A stretch of 64,000 nt of DNA from contig NC_043019.1 of the NCBI RefSeq assembly GCF_006345805.1, positions 1,612,001 through 1,676,000 on the forward strand. The letters run 5' to 3'. The stretch is from Octopus sinensis (Eukaryota). A program made the position numbers and the translations under genes. The notes under the pieces are model-generated. The model saw nothing but the letters and a program-made list of their open reading frames with translations. It was not told the origin of the DNA and ran no database searches. Each line of letters opens with the position of its first letter. Position 1 is the stretch's first letter. Below are positions 22,469-34,995 of this stretch, one piece after another.

Positions 22469-23020
22469 CATAGGAAAGAATTCTTACACCCATGTATATT
22501 AAAATTTGCTTTCAGTTTAGCATCCTGGCGTAATATTTTTTTCCTTTCCTATCCTTTCTCCACGTGCGGTTAACACAACCCCACCATTTACTGACTTATA
22601 TATACATATATACATAAGAGAAAAATATATGGTTTCTAATTTTCTTTCCGTTTATTTTAGTTACTTTTCTAGATTTGTTTTTCTGCTTTCTTTTCCTTCT
22701 GTTTCTTCCTCTTCTTTTGCCTGATTCCATAGCTGAGAATTGAGAATTTAGAATCGATGAAATGAAATTATGTGATAATCTCTTGACGTTTCTTGGACTG
22801 GAAATATGTCATTACAGCGTTTTCCTGGCAGCATCACATGTACTTCTTAACAATTCATTCATTTTATGATGATCCCGTGGTTCTGTGTTTCATTCCATTA
22901 TTACGGCACATTTAACATGTGTTGACTAATGCCTTTTGAAGGAATTACTGTACAGAATGTGTGTGTTTATAAATGCGTGAATGAGTGTGTTTGTGTGTAT
23001 GTTTTTATGGGTATGAGTGA

Positions 23021-23075
23021 ATGTCCTCGATGTTAATAGCATATGTCCTCGATGTAAATAGCATATGTCCTCGAT
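23021..23075. repeat. 21-bp tandem repeat (atgtcctcgatgtwaatagcat-type), about 2.6 copies
   Basis: Direct reading. Confidence 0.8.
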
Positions 23076-23515
23076 TTAAGCAGCGCGTGTTTTCGTTGTA
23101 AGGTATAAAGGGAAGCGAGAAAACCAGTGAACTGGAAATTATGATCAGATCCACTTTGTGATTTGCTTCGTTGCGTCGTGCTGGCAATTTCATGTCATTG
23201 ATGCCCTTGTAAAATTAAATGCAGCAACTACTGTTTACAAAATACTACCATAAAAATAAAGAGGAACCTAAGAAATTTAGCAATTTGTGTTTTGGAAAAT
23301 ACTTGTGCAGCGTTATATCAAAAACCCACGTCGTTCATCGTTATTCAAATTCGACAGTTTACGTATTCTGCTATTCCATCGCTGTAACTATTTTTCTGTT
23401 TCACTGTTTCTCTTGTGGGTAAAATACAGAGGTCTCATTATGACATTCTGACTAATTGTAGCACACAATGCCAGAAATATTTGTTTTCCGATCGTACCAT
23501 TTTACAATTGCTGCT

Positions 23516-23628
<113 letters not shown>

Positions 23629-23829
23629 TTGAGTGAGAGAGCAGTGCATGCCATCAAAGTGACACTGGGAGTCTTGACCGACGGAGTGCCGCGACGAATA
23701 TTACTGAGTTGTAGCCTTCAGTTTTATGCTAAATGCAACATTAGTTAATTGGGTAGATTCCATAAGCATACTACACACACACACCCACACACACACATAT
23801 ATATATACATACATACATATATATATATA

Positions 23830-24000
23830 CAGTTAATCCAAACATGTAAGCACAAAAAAACACAACAACGCGAGGACGTGGAACAAGTATAGTATTATTG
23901 GACGCTCAGGAAAGAAGGAAAGAAGGAGGGTTTTACGTTTCGAGCCTACGCTCTTCAACAGAAAGATACACAGAAAAGAAACACGGGAAGAAACATACAC
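23830..24000 (-). mobile_element. Family P1-related Penelope-pLTR-like element
   Basis: cgctcagga...ttttacgtttcgagcctacgctcttcaacagaaaga; starts at a TA tract. Confidence 0.6.
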
Positions 24001-24242
24001 AAACGCATGCAGACACGCCCATACACACACATATATTTAGGAAGTTAGACGTTATGGCTAGTCAGCGAGTAACCAGTGGTTTCGCACCTACAAAACGCGT
24101 AGAAGTATAATTACTCTTAGCAATGTGAACAGTGAATTAAATTGTCTAAATCAACTTTACTTTAAAAACAAGCTTTTATGTCAAATGAAGGGAAGACTAT
24201 AATCAGTTTATTTATGTGGGGCAGCCATGATGTTTCTAATAT

Positions 24243-24595
24243 TTGATTGGTATTTTATTTTATCGGCCCTGGAGGGATCGAGGGCAAAATGGAGCCCGTC
24301 CCAATTTAAAATCAGAACATAAAACCACCGGCACAAGTAGTGCAAATCACTTTTTCCCACGTTCTCATTGTTCTACTACCGCGAACCTTCTGGAATCTGT
24401 GTTAATTTGTTCTACTGTATGCACAAGGAATGAAGTCTGAAATTTTAAGCGATAGGACCAGGTGATTATTTTCTCATCGTCGAAAGGATGAAAAGCAACA
24501 TCTACGTCGAAGTAATTTGATCTCAGAATGTAAAACCAGAAAAAATACCTCTAAGGAATTCGTCCGTCTTTTTCAGAATTTTCCAAGATCGATGC
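24243..24595 (-). mobile_element. Two old degenerate family B SINE fragments
   Basis: tcgaaaggatgaaaagcaacatctacgtcgaagtaatttgatctcagaatg resembles the reverse complement of the family B core. Confidence 0.5.
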
Positions 24596-25372
24596 CAAGA
24601 GGAAGCCACAATAAGGCATTGAAATACTTGTCAAGCAATACAGAATCATATTGCTTTACATGATTCCTCAAAACGATAATGATTTTGATATTATCACATT
24701 GTACAAGCGTATCTCATTCTTCGGATTCTGCAATATTCATATTCGAATTAATGTTTAAATAAGAGGACGTTATTATATGTGGGTCACAGGAACATTACTT
24801 GATGATGTAGTTTATCAAGAAAGCAACGCTCTATATAATTCACATTACAAAGAAGGGATCTCGGGGTAATTAATCAACATAGTCTTCGATTACACTGGTT
24901 ATTTTCATATGTTTTTTTAATCATGGAGACCTTCTGTCTGTAAGTGGATTTATATACTCGTCAACATAATGATCACTTATAAAGGTATTTAGAGATATCA
25001 CCTGCATCACCTGTATCTTTGCCAATATGTATTATAACGTTCCAAATATAATTTCTCAATAGTGATATCAAGGTTTCCAATTATCATATCCTTCATGGTT
25101 CTACGTGCATGAAATTGAATTCTTTCCCTGAATGATTTGGTTCGATGATAAATAATATTTCTCATTAAACATGTTGGTATCAGGATGAAAAATAGAGAAG
25201 ATTTGTTAGTTACATGTTAGCAATGAAATCTGGGCCATTTAAGATGGAAATTTTGATTGAAACAATATTTGAGCATACATGGAACTGATGATTTCATTAC
25301 CGTACAAAACAACCCAAAATAGAATACTTGACAAACAAATTTCATGTCAATAATTCACAGATTGGAACGATT

Positions 25373-25699
25373 CTCTTCCGTCATGAATGACCGTGGAATT
25401 GCACCTAGAAAGTTACCCTCCAAGGCAAAAGTCCGGGCATGGTTGTTTATGGAAGACCAGCAGTCGCCCATGCATACCAGCCTGCCCTCTCCACACCACC
25501 GATGTTATCCAGGGGAAAGACAAAGACCGATACAGCTTGGCACCTGTGACGTCGCAACTTGTTTTTTACAGCTAAGTGAACTGGAACAACGTAAAATAAA
25601 GTGTTTTTCTCAAGAATAAAACGCAAAGACCTGTCCAGGAATCGAACTCACAACTTCATGATTGTGAACCCGATGCTCAAACCACTGAGCCATGTGTCT
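25373..25699 (-). mobile_element. SINE family D (tRNA head; ttcttgagcaagacactttatttcacgttgctccagttc domain)
   Basis: Aligns end to end with 52389-52719. Confidence 0.88.
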
Positions 25700-25738
25700 T
25701 AGAAGATACATATGATTTTTAATATTTATGGTTGTATT

Positions 25739-25984
25739 AAGGCGGTGAGCTGGCAGAAACATTAGAAAGCCGGGGAAATGCGTAGCCGTATTAAGTCTGC
25801 CGTTACCTTCTGAGTTCAAATTCCGGCGAGGTCGAATTTGACTTTCATTCTTTCGGGGTCGATAAATTAAATACCAGCTACACACTGTGACGGACCGGCA
25901 TCCCGTCCAAGTGGGGAAGCTATACGCCAAGGAAACCGGGAAACCGGTCCTTATGAGCCAGGTGTGGCTCGAGAAGGAACAAAC
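25739..25984 (+). mobile_element. Chimeric SINE: family B head and core plus M tail
   Basis: Family B sequence up to cacactg (25887), then gacggaccggcatcccgtcc...ggaaaccgggaaacc...gagaaggaacaaac, as at 51936-52032. Confidence 0.8.
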
Positions 25985-26094
25985 TTAATAAGAAAACTAC
26001 TTCCACAACACTAGATTTCGTTATTCATTGTTGTTGATGTTTTTGCTGACTGCTCCATTTTGATATGTCCTTCTCGATGGTATTAGTATTTATG

Positions 26095-26489
26095 GTGAGA
26101 TACGGCGGCGAAATGCTTAGCAGCATTTCGTCTGCCGCTACGTTCTGAGTTCAAATTCCGCCGAGGTTGACTTTGCTTTTCATCCTTTCAGAGTCGATTA
26201 AATAAGTACCAGTTACGCACTGAGGTCGAAATAATCGACTTAATCCTTTTGTCTGTCTTTGTTTATTCCCTCTGTGTTTAGCCCCTTGTGGGTAGTAAAA
26301 AATGAGTATTTCGTCTGCCGCGACGTTCTGAGTTCAAATTCCGCCGAGGTCGACTTTGCCTTTCATCCTTTGGGGGTCGATTAAATAAGTACCAGTTACG
26401 CACTGGGGTCGATATAATCGACTTTATCCTTTTGTCTGTTCTTGTTTGTTCCCTCTGTGTTTAGCGCCTTGTGGGTAGTAAAGAAATAA
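26095..26489 (+). mobile_element. SINE family B dimer with internally deleted head; 15-bp TSD
   Basis: TSD gtattagtatttatg at 26080-26094 and 26490-26504; two tandem units. Confidence 0.9.
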
Positions 26490-28092
26490 GTATTAGTATT
26501 TATGTTGGGTTCAATGTAGTTTATTGCAAGATACCAGAATGGGGCGTGATATCAGTATTTCTGTCATAATTTAAACTGAAAACCATGGTGCTCTACAGGA
26601 TGGAGTCTATTGTTCTCTGGCGCATTCTTCCCTTTTCCTACGCTTTCCCAACCCTAAACAAGTACCACTGGGTATGTGACATCTTGCTTTGTCTACTTAT
26701 AGCAAATGTATATATTCCTCTATCTGTTTTGTTTCTGCGCCATTAACAGTGTAAAGCTACGAAACAACTTTGCGACTTTCATGTGCCTTGTGAGCCTGCA
26801 AGACGTTCCTAAGTCCTTCTAACCACACATTTCATCTCGTTGTCTTTACGCCGATACCGCTCCTGTTATAACACGAAGATACAACGAACTAGGGTTCAAC
26901 ACTATGGGTTTTCGCCTCTGAACATCACCTATACCTTTCTTAGAAACAACTGTTGGCTTACAAGTATGAGGTTGGTAATCTTGCAGTTTCAGTTTGTTAC
27001 ATTACTGCCAGGAGTTCTAAGCAAAAAGGGGGAAAAAAGCCTGAAGGATTTATCCCATGGGATACCGAGTATTTCTTTCCCATCGTTAGAGAATGCCTCC
27101 TTCAGCTTGCAAATGAAAAGCAACCCCATACTGGAGATGATCAATTATGTAGGATTCCTCCATACCTGTCGGTGAATACATTTTCAGACATGGAAAAGCC
27201 GTTTAGCTAAGCATAACTGTACCAGAACATTGATTTTTACAGCAGCTTTAGCTGTACGACTCTCATATCATTATGTTCTTCATAAACAACTTGGATGTTC
27301 GACACTTTAAGCGTGTGTGCAAATGTGATTTTAACAATTGATAAACAACTTCTAACGTCATACATGTAATTCATATTTTTTTTTAATTGAAATTAGTTTT
27401 ATTTTCTTATATACTAACGTGGGCGTACAATATTTTTTTCACATCTTTTGTGTATAACTTCTCTGTGGTGGTTTTCGATTTGATTTTTCTCTTTACAAGT
27501 TCATGTCTAGAAGTTTTGAAATCAATTTTTTTTATGAATTCACTGATAAAAAAAAACTGATTATATATTTAACAAAATACTTCAAGAGAAGACTTTCGAA
27601 AATCTTCGAAAAATTTCGTATGCGGATGTGTTTAAGAAAATATACAATATTTCATTTGGTTATTTAAGGCGGAGAGAGTTCTAAGCTTTAAGAAAAAAAA
27701 ATTATTTTAAAAATAGTTTCACAAGCTCAATAGCAAATAATAATAAGAAGAAGAAAAAAAGAAGAGAATGGGGGGAAATGGTGGAGGGGAGTGGAAAGAG
27801 GGGGAGAAGGAGTTAAGAGACATCAATATAATAGGTGCCCCCGTAATAAGTAACAGCTATAATATTCTGAACTGATCGTCAAATGAATTATAGCAAGATT
27901 ATAGCTGGGAAGAATAAAATTTGCATATGATATCGGTTTCAAACACTGGCATAAACCTATAATTTTCGGGGGCGGGGTAGGGAATTCGATTTCAGCATCT
28001 TTAGCATTCAGTTGGTACGTCTTTCATCAACTCCCAAAGGATAAAAGGCTAAGTCGAGCTTGGTGGCATCTGCAATCAGACCTTAAAAACAC

Positions 28093-28337
28093 ACGAAATA
28101 CCTATTTCTTTACTACCCACAAGGAGCTAAACACAGAGAGGACAAACAAGGACGGGCAAACGGATCAAGTCGATTGCATCAACCCCAGTGCGTAACTGGA
28201 ACTTAATTTATCGACCCCGAAAGAATGAAAGGCAAAGTCGACCTCGGCGGAATTTGAACTCAGAACGTAACGGCTGACGAAATACTGCTAAGCATTTCGC
28301 CCGGCGTGCTAACGTTTCTGCCAGCTCGCCGGCTTAA
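28093..28337 (-). mobile_element. SINE family B, one unit plus a stub of a second unit
   Basis: Ends with acgaaatacctatttc, the reverse complement of the dimer junction. Confidence 0.88.
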
Positions 28338-28693
28338 TTAGCATGTAAATATTAGGTTAAAACATTTGCAATAGAAACCGGCAAAGGTTGCATGTCGGAT
28401 GCGAATCCACATTATCTGTAAACAAGAAGTATACGAAGTACAATCTTCACTGCTAAGAATTCAGTTTCTAAAATGGTCAGACAGTTTGGAAGGATTGCTC
28501 TCCTCTGAAGGGATAATGCCTGTCATATTTACAAGAAATATCGGTTCCATTCTCTGGAGTAGCACTCCACATTTTTTTCCGCAAAATAATTTTAACCAAA
28601 TACTTATAGTTATTATCTATAGCATTATTTGATTCCAGACGTACTTTTGTCGGGTTCCGACCTTCCATATATTACTCGCTCTCTCTCTCTCTG

Positions 28694-28953
28694 TTACTTG
28701 TTTCAATCATTTGACTGCAGCCATGCTGGAGCACCACCTTTAGTCGAGCAAATCGACCCGAGGACTTATTCTTTGTAAGCCTAGTACATATTCTATCGGT
28801 CTCTTTTGCCGAACCGGTAGGTTACGGGGACTTAAACACACCAACATCGGTGGTCAAGCGAAGTGGGGCGGACAAACACAGGCACACAAACATATACACA
28901 CATACATACATATATATATATAATATATATATATAATAGATATATATATATAT

Positions 28954-29007
<54 letters not shown>

Positions 29008-29327
29008 GTGAGAAAATAGTAAAAGGTGAAAAAACTACAGAAGGCTTGTTTTGAAAGGTTAAAAAATATATTTACTATTTACTATTTTCTATATATTCAA
29101 CCACGTGCTTTCACAAACCAACTTTCTCATCTATATATATATATATTTATACATACATATATACGACGAGCTTCTTTCAGTTTCCGTCTACCAAATCCAA
29201 TCACAAGGATTTGGTCGGCCCGAGGCTATAGTAGAAGACACTTGCCCAAGGTCCCACGCAGTGGGACTGAACCCTGAACCATGAGGTTGGTAGGCAAGAT
29301 ACTTACCCCACAGCCACTCCTGCGCCT
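28694..29327 (-). mobile_element. SINE family C with an expanded internal microsatellite containing a secondary insert
   Basis: Tail 28694-28900 and head 29160-29327 are separated by (TA)n, (GA)n and a ~125-bp insert with the inverted repeat agaaaatagtaaa/tttactattttct. Confidence 0.8.
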
Positions 29328-29889
29328 ATATATTGTATATATATATACCGGGTGAATTTTCTATACGTTTTGTATTAAACCCTTGGTGTAAACATCATCT
29401 GATAACTTAGCTTTCTATATTTGTATTAATTTGTGGATATACGGTTGTAACGTACGATTCCTTGAATACTTATAAATGCAAACGCGTTCACATAATTTCT
29501 CATATATTGAAATTAATTATACACGAAGAAGGGTCGAAAGCGACTGCATACCTATGAATAGCCAAAGGTTTAATAAATCTCTCTTCAGCTGTTATACCTC
29601 CTGATATTTCTTTATATGTGCGTGCATGTATAATATGATATTCAAATATATAATTCTATATACAAGCAGGTATATATTATTACTTATGTGTGCGAGTAAT
29701 GTTATCAAAGATTTGCTATGCATTTCACCTGACATTTATAATGCCCTCCTAAATCAGTGCAACTCATAATCCCTCTTTTCTAAACCAAGGTAGCTTACCT
29801 ACGTTAAATAACATCCAAGTTTCAATAAAATTACATCCAATCCCTATATTTTAGGAAAGGGTACATTTGCTAACATAGTGACGCACACA

Positions 29890-29935
<46 letters not shown>

Positions 29936-29946
29936 TTGTGTGTATG

Positions 29947-29990
<44 letters not shown>

Positions 29991-29992
<2 letters not shown>

Positions 29993-30293
29993 GAGGCGCA
30001 ATGGCCCAGTAGCTAGGGCAGCGGACTCGCAGTTGTAGAATCGCGGTTTCGATTCCAGACCGGGTGTTGTGAGTGTTTATTGAGCGAAAGCACCCAAAAG
30101 CTCTACGAGGCTCCGGCACGGGGTTGGTGGCGATCCTGCTGTACTCTTTCGCCACGCCACAACTAGCTTTTTCTGTTCGTGGCGCTCTTCTGTTGGTCAT
30201 CTGAAGTGCGACAGTCATGAAGAGACGAAGCGCATTGTGACAGCGATGTGTAGCAACATCTGGTAGCCTGGTCAGTCACGGTGCTCACGATGA
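29991..30293 (+). mobile_element. Chimeric SINE: family A head plus a third tail type (gaagcgcattgtgacagcgatgtgtagcaacatctg...)
   Basis: Family A sequence to about 30163, then unrelated sequence ending in (TA)n. Confidence 0.7.
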
Positions 30294-30872
30294 TATATAT
30301 ATGTGTGTGAGCGTGTGTCTGTGTGTGTGTGTGTATGTGTGCGCGCGCGTGTGTGTGTGAGTGTCTGTGTGTGTGTGTTTATAAACAAGAGGACTGGATA
30401 AGATATGATCCGGGTGACATATGTTGGATAGGGAGCGGAACCTTAGAAGTGGTAAATATCCAACCGAGGTGTATATCGCAGGCTACTATCTCAGGCCAAG
30501 GATATCTTTATTGAATGTGAGGTTACGTTGTCGCAAGAAGGTGTACGTTAACACATGGAAGATCCTATCAGAAGGTGTAGATATCCCAGTAGCAGTGTAG
30601 GATATAAAGGTATAAATGTATTGAGAAATTAGGTTTAAAAGAAGGAAGAAGGAAAGAAAGAAAAAGACATGAGTGAGGAGAAAGAGGAATTTAAGCAAGG
30701 TCATTTGACCTGTAATATCCCAGGAATTATCAAGGGGAATGGTATTTGAAAATAAGATGATGTAGAGGAAAGAGGAATTTTTCAAATTTTCGAATTTTCC
30801 CCATCCTCATTCCTTCACATAGTTTTTTTAGATACCAGTCCTCTTTCCTTAAAGTCTGTGATACTACCGGCC

Positions 30873-31257
30873 GTGGAGGCGCAATGGCCCAGTGGTTAGG
30901 GCAGCGGACTCGCGGTCATAGGATCGCGGTTTCGAATCCCAGAAGGCGTTATGAGTGTTTATTGAGCGAAAACACCCTAAAAGTCCACGAGGCTCCGGCA
31001 GGGGATGGTGGTGATCCCTGCTGTACTCTTTCACCACAATTTATCTCACTCTTACTTCCTGTTTCTGTTGTACCTGTATTTCAAAGGGCCGGCCTTGTTA
31101 CTCTCTGTGTCACGCTGAATATCCCCGAGAACTATGTTAAGGGTACACGTGTCTGTGGAGTGCTCAGCCACTTACACGTTAATTTCACGAGCAGGCTGTT
31201 CCGTTGATTCGGATCAACCGGAACCCTCGTCGTCGTAACCGACGGAGTGCTTCCAGA
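30873..31257 (+). mobile_element. SINE family A, full length, 13-bp TSD
   Basis: TSD gatactaccggcc at 30860-30872 and 31258-31270. Confidence 0.95.
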
Positions 31258-31412
31258 GATACTACCGGCCAAATGACCTCGCTTAAAATTTCTCTTCCTT
31301 CCCACACCTTTGCTTTAGTTCTCGATTGAATTTTCCATTTGGTAACATGCAACTGGACGTATTTGGCACTATACCAGTTACCGTTACTTATAACTATTTT
31401 TTTAACTATTAC

Positions 31413-31593
31413 GTATCCCCAAACGAATCACTCTTACACCAAAACTTCACTGTTTCCGTCCCGTAACGTAAGTCGTTTCGGCATTCTGGAGGCTGTCTGA
31501 GAAATTCTCGCTTATTAGAAAGCGCAACAAACCACGTTTACACGAGGGAAACAGTGAAGTTTTGGGGGTAAGAGTCAGATGCTTTGGGGATAC
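31413..31593. mobile_element. Small MITE-like element with ~45-bp imperfect TIRs
   Basis: gtatccccaaa...ctcttacaccaaaacttcactgtttcc vs ggaaacagtgaagttttgggggtaagag...tttggggatac. Confidence 0.75.
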
Positions 31594-31661
31594 AACAAAA
31601 ATGATGTTTCAAAGGACAATTTAATGCTAAACTTGGCACGGGTAAGATTCTTCAGCATGAC

Positions 31662-31711
<50 letters not shown>

Positions 31712-31714
<3 letters not shown>

Positions 31715-31865
31715 AATAAATGAAAGAATGGAGTTGAACGACGATTTAACAAAATTCCTTTATTCTCGACATATGTTTCGAAGACTGCATATTCCTTGGC
31801 TTTCCTGATGAGAAAGCGGCATAATGCTCCCCTTATTCCTTCGAAATTAGGAATATGCAGTCTCC
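31712..31865 (-). mobile_element. TA-anchored Penelope-pLTR-like fragment retaining the 3' half of a hammerhead
   Basis: Minus strand: 16-bp stem ggagactgcatattcc/ggaatatgcagtcttc followed by GAAAC-AUAU-GUC; no CUGANGA upstream. Confidence 0.55.
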
Positions 31866-31959
31866 AATGGACGGTGCTGAGTTGTCAAATATTTAAACCA
31901 AATTTTCTCAAAATAACTTGTCCGACCGTAACCTAAATTTGAGACACCAGCAAAAGACG

Positions 31960-32150
31960 GATTTCGACTGATGAACTTGCGCATACTAATGCACATTCCC
32001 ACGATTTCATGGAATCGATTTTTGTAATTTTTCCAAGACCTATATACGCCCTGATACAGTCGGTATCTACATATCAAATTTGAGTGCAATCGGATGGACG
32101 ATGCCCGAGATCCTAAAAGACACACACACAGACAGACAGAACGGGTTTTA
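31960..32150 (+). mobile_element. Helentron/HINE-like non-autonomous element end
   Basis: ctacatatcaaatttgagtgcaatcggatggacg...cacacacacagacagacagaacgggttttatata end pattern; inverted partial copy at 33863-33924. Confidence 0.5.
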
Positions 32151-32329
32151 TATAATATATATATATATATATATATATTGCATGTATATATATTGTATGT
32201 ATATATATATATAATATATAATATATATATATAGGTATCTACATATGGTATTATATATATATTATATATATATGTATATATACATATGTATATATAAATA
32301 TATATGTATATATAATATAATATGTATAT

Positions 32330-32361
<32 letters not shown>

Positions 32362-32583
32362 CATATGTATATATATATATGTATATATATATGTATATAT
32401 ATATATATATATGTGTATATACATATATATATATATATATAATTATATATATATATGTGTATATATATATATAGTATGTTATATGTGTGTATATACATTA
32501 ATATATATATATGGTGTGTATGTATTATATATATATACATATATATATTGTCTGTTGTGTATATATAATATGTGTGTATATAC

Positions 32584-32639
<56 letters not shown>

Positions 32640-32670
32640 AATATATAATATATATATATATATATGTATA

Positions 32671-33441
32671 TATAACCCTGTCGTATGTATATGCATACGT
32701 AAGTACATTGAATTTCAAATTCAATTTCGCAAAGGTGTTCCTTCATAAAATATCTCAGCTGAGATTTTCCTAAAAGCTTCGAAAATTCGCTGTTGATGAT
32801 GGGGAAATGTGAAGGTTCAACATCCACTTTGAACTCGTAGAAACGTGTATTAAAGAAATGTCAATGGTTCTTTCCATACAATTTTCACGTTCGATGTATT
32901 AAGAAAAGTATGTAGTGATAAGGAGGCCGTCAAACATACATAGTTTACAATCAAAAGTCTCAAGTACGACGCGTCCTATTTTCTATGACTCCTTCCAGTA
33001 TAGAATCATATATACACTCCACTACACATCCCACCTCTTTACAATCTTTATGAGGTTTTCCTACATACCGTCTCTCTCTAATGTCCCTCTCGCCCACTCA
33101 CTTCATCTCTCTCTCTTTCTGTCTTTCAGCCTCTCTATCTCTATCTATCTTTTGTCAATCTATCATTCTTAATCTCTTTGTTATACGAGGCATATCACTA
33201 CATACTTTACTTAATACATCGAACGTGAAAATTGTATGGAAAGAACCATTGACATTTCTTTAATACACGTTTCTACGAGTTCAAAGTGGATGTTGAACCT
33301 TCACATTTCCCCATCATCAACAGCGAATTTTCGAAGCTTTTAGGAAAATCTCAGCTGAGATATTTTATGAAGGAACACCTTTGCGAAATTGAATTTGAAA
33401 TTCAATGTACTTACGTATGCATATACATACGACGAGTTATA
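32671..33441. repeat. Foldback with ~240-bp near-perfect arms and ~270-bp spacer, flanked by long (TA)n
   Basis: 32680-32920 is the reverse complement of 33194-33434 with one visible mismatch; the identical peptide appears in ORFs 32525..32827(-) and 33286..33474(+). Confidence 0.92.
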
Positions 33442-33653
33442 TATATATATATAATATATATATATATTATATAATATATATATATTATATGTATTATACA
33501 CATATATATATATACCACACAGACACATATATATATATGATATATATATAATATATACATACAATATATATATATATATGTATATACACACCTATATCAT
33601 AATATATTATATAACACACACACATATATATATATATATATATGTCTATACAC

Positions 33654-33684
<31 letters not shown>

Positions 33685-33963
33685 CATATGTATATATACA
33701 TATATATATATCTACATATGGTATATATATATAACATTGTATATACATATATATATATATATATACAGTTATATATATATATATATATATATGTAGATAC
33801 ACATATATATATATATATTACATACAATATATATACATGCAATATATATATATATATATTAATAAAACCCGTTTGTCTGTCTGTGTGTTGTGTCTTCTAG
33901 GATCTCGGGCATCCTCCATCCGATATTTAAAAGCAGCACAAATTTCTGCTGCTTTTAAATAAA

Positions 33964-34017
<54 letters not shown>

Positions 34018-34126
34018 AATTAGAGATAAAACCACTATTAGGCAACTAATATTAATTTGAGTTAATACTAAATCTAATTTTCCCTGTAAGTTTGGAGCCA
34101 TGCTTCCTAATATTATATATGTATAT

Positions 34127-34164
<38 letters not shown>

Positions 34165-34190
34165 CGATATCATATATCTATCTTTAAATA

Positions 34191-34229
<39 letters not shown>

Positions 34230-34296
34230 TATATAATATATATATCATATATATATATATATAAATATATGTATATATATATAGTTATATATATAG

Positions 34297-34346
<50 letters not shown>

Positions 34347-34360
34347 TGGATACAGTGTAC

Positions 34361-34839
34361 ATTTAAACACATAAGAGGCATCCATCATAGGACTCCATGT
34401 GTGTTAGAGAGAACAGTTAAGTTCTAAACCACTATTAGATATATAATTTCGAAGGGAATGAAAAATAAACATTTACCATCTCACTCCTGGACCAATGGTT
34501 TCAGAATTTTTTTAGCAAATAAAATAATTTGTTAGGCGAAGTCTCCTTCAGTATGTATACCTTAGATTAAATATATATATACACGAGGCAATCCAGTATA
34601 AGCACGGGGCATATACCGGATTGCCTCTTGTATATATATTTAATCAAATGTGTACATGCTGAAGAAGACTTCACCTTACAAATTATTTCATTTGCTAATA
34701 AAAAGAGTCTGAAACCATTGGTCCAGGAGTTGGATGGTAAATGTTTATTCTTCATTCCCTTCGAAATTTTATCCCTAATAGTGGTTTGTAATTTAACTGT
34801 TCTCTCTAGCGTGCAAGGATGCCTCTTATATGTTTAAAT
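34361..34839. repeat. ~480-bp foldback with diverged arms and a very small loop
   Basis: atttaaacacataagaggcatcc...aaaccactatta...ttcgaagggaatgaa.aataaacatttaccatc...gaggcaatcc mirrored on the right. Confidence 0.85.
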
Positions 34840-34928
34840 TTATATGAATAACATATAGTCTATTGACTAAATCGTTATACGCTATGCAACTGGTAATGGA
34901 AATTTCAAATATTTATGATTACCCTTTG

Positions 34929-34995
<67 letters not shown>

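Noticed and set aside
26520-27210. Higher-complexity stretch with overlapping ORFs 26840..27175 and 26953..27210
   Set aside because: No recognisable protein motif on either strand; may be an old TE relic but I cannot support a call
31805-31860. Plus-strand CUGAUGA...GAAA as a hammerhead
   Set aside because: Stem I cannot form and stem II/III pairings are poor
32780-32860. UUGAUGA...GAAACGUGUA in the arm of the large foldback
   Set aside because: No stem I and no clear stem II closure
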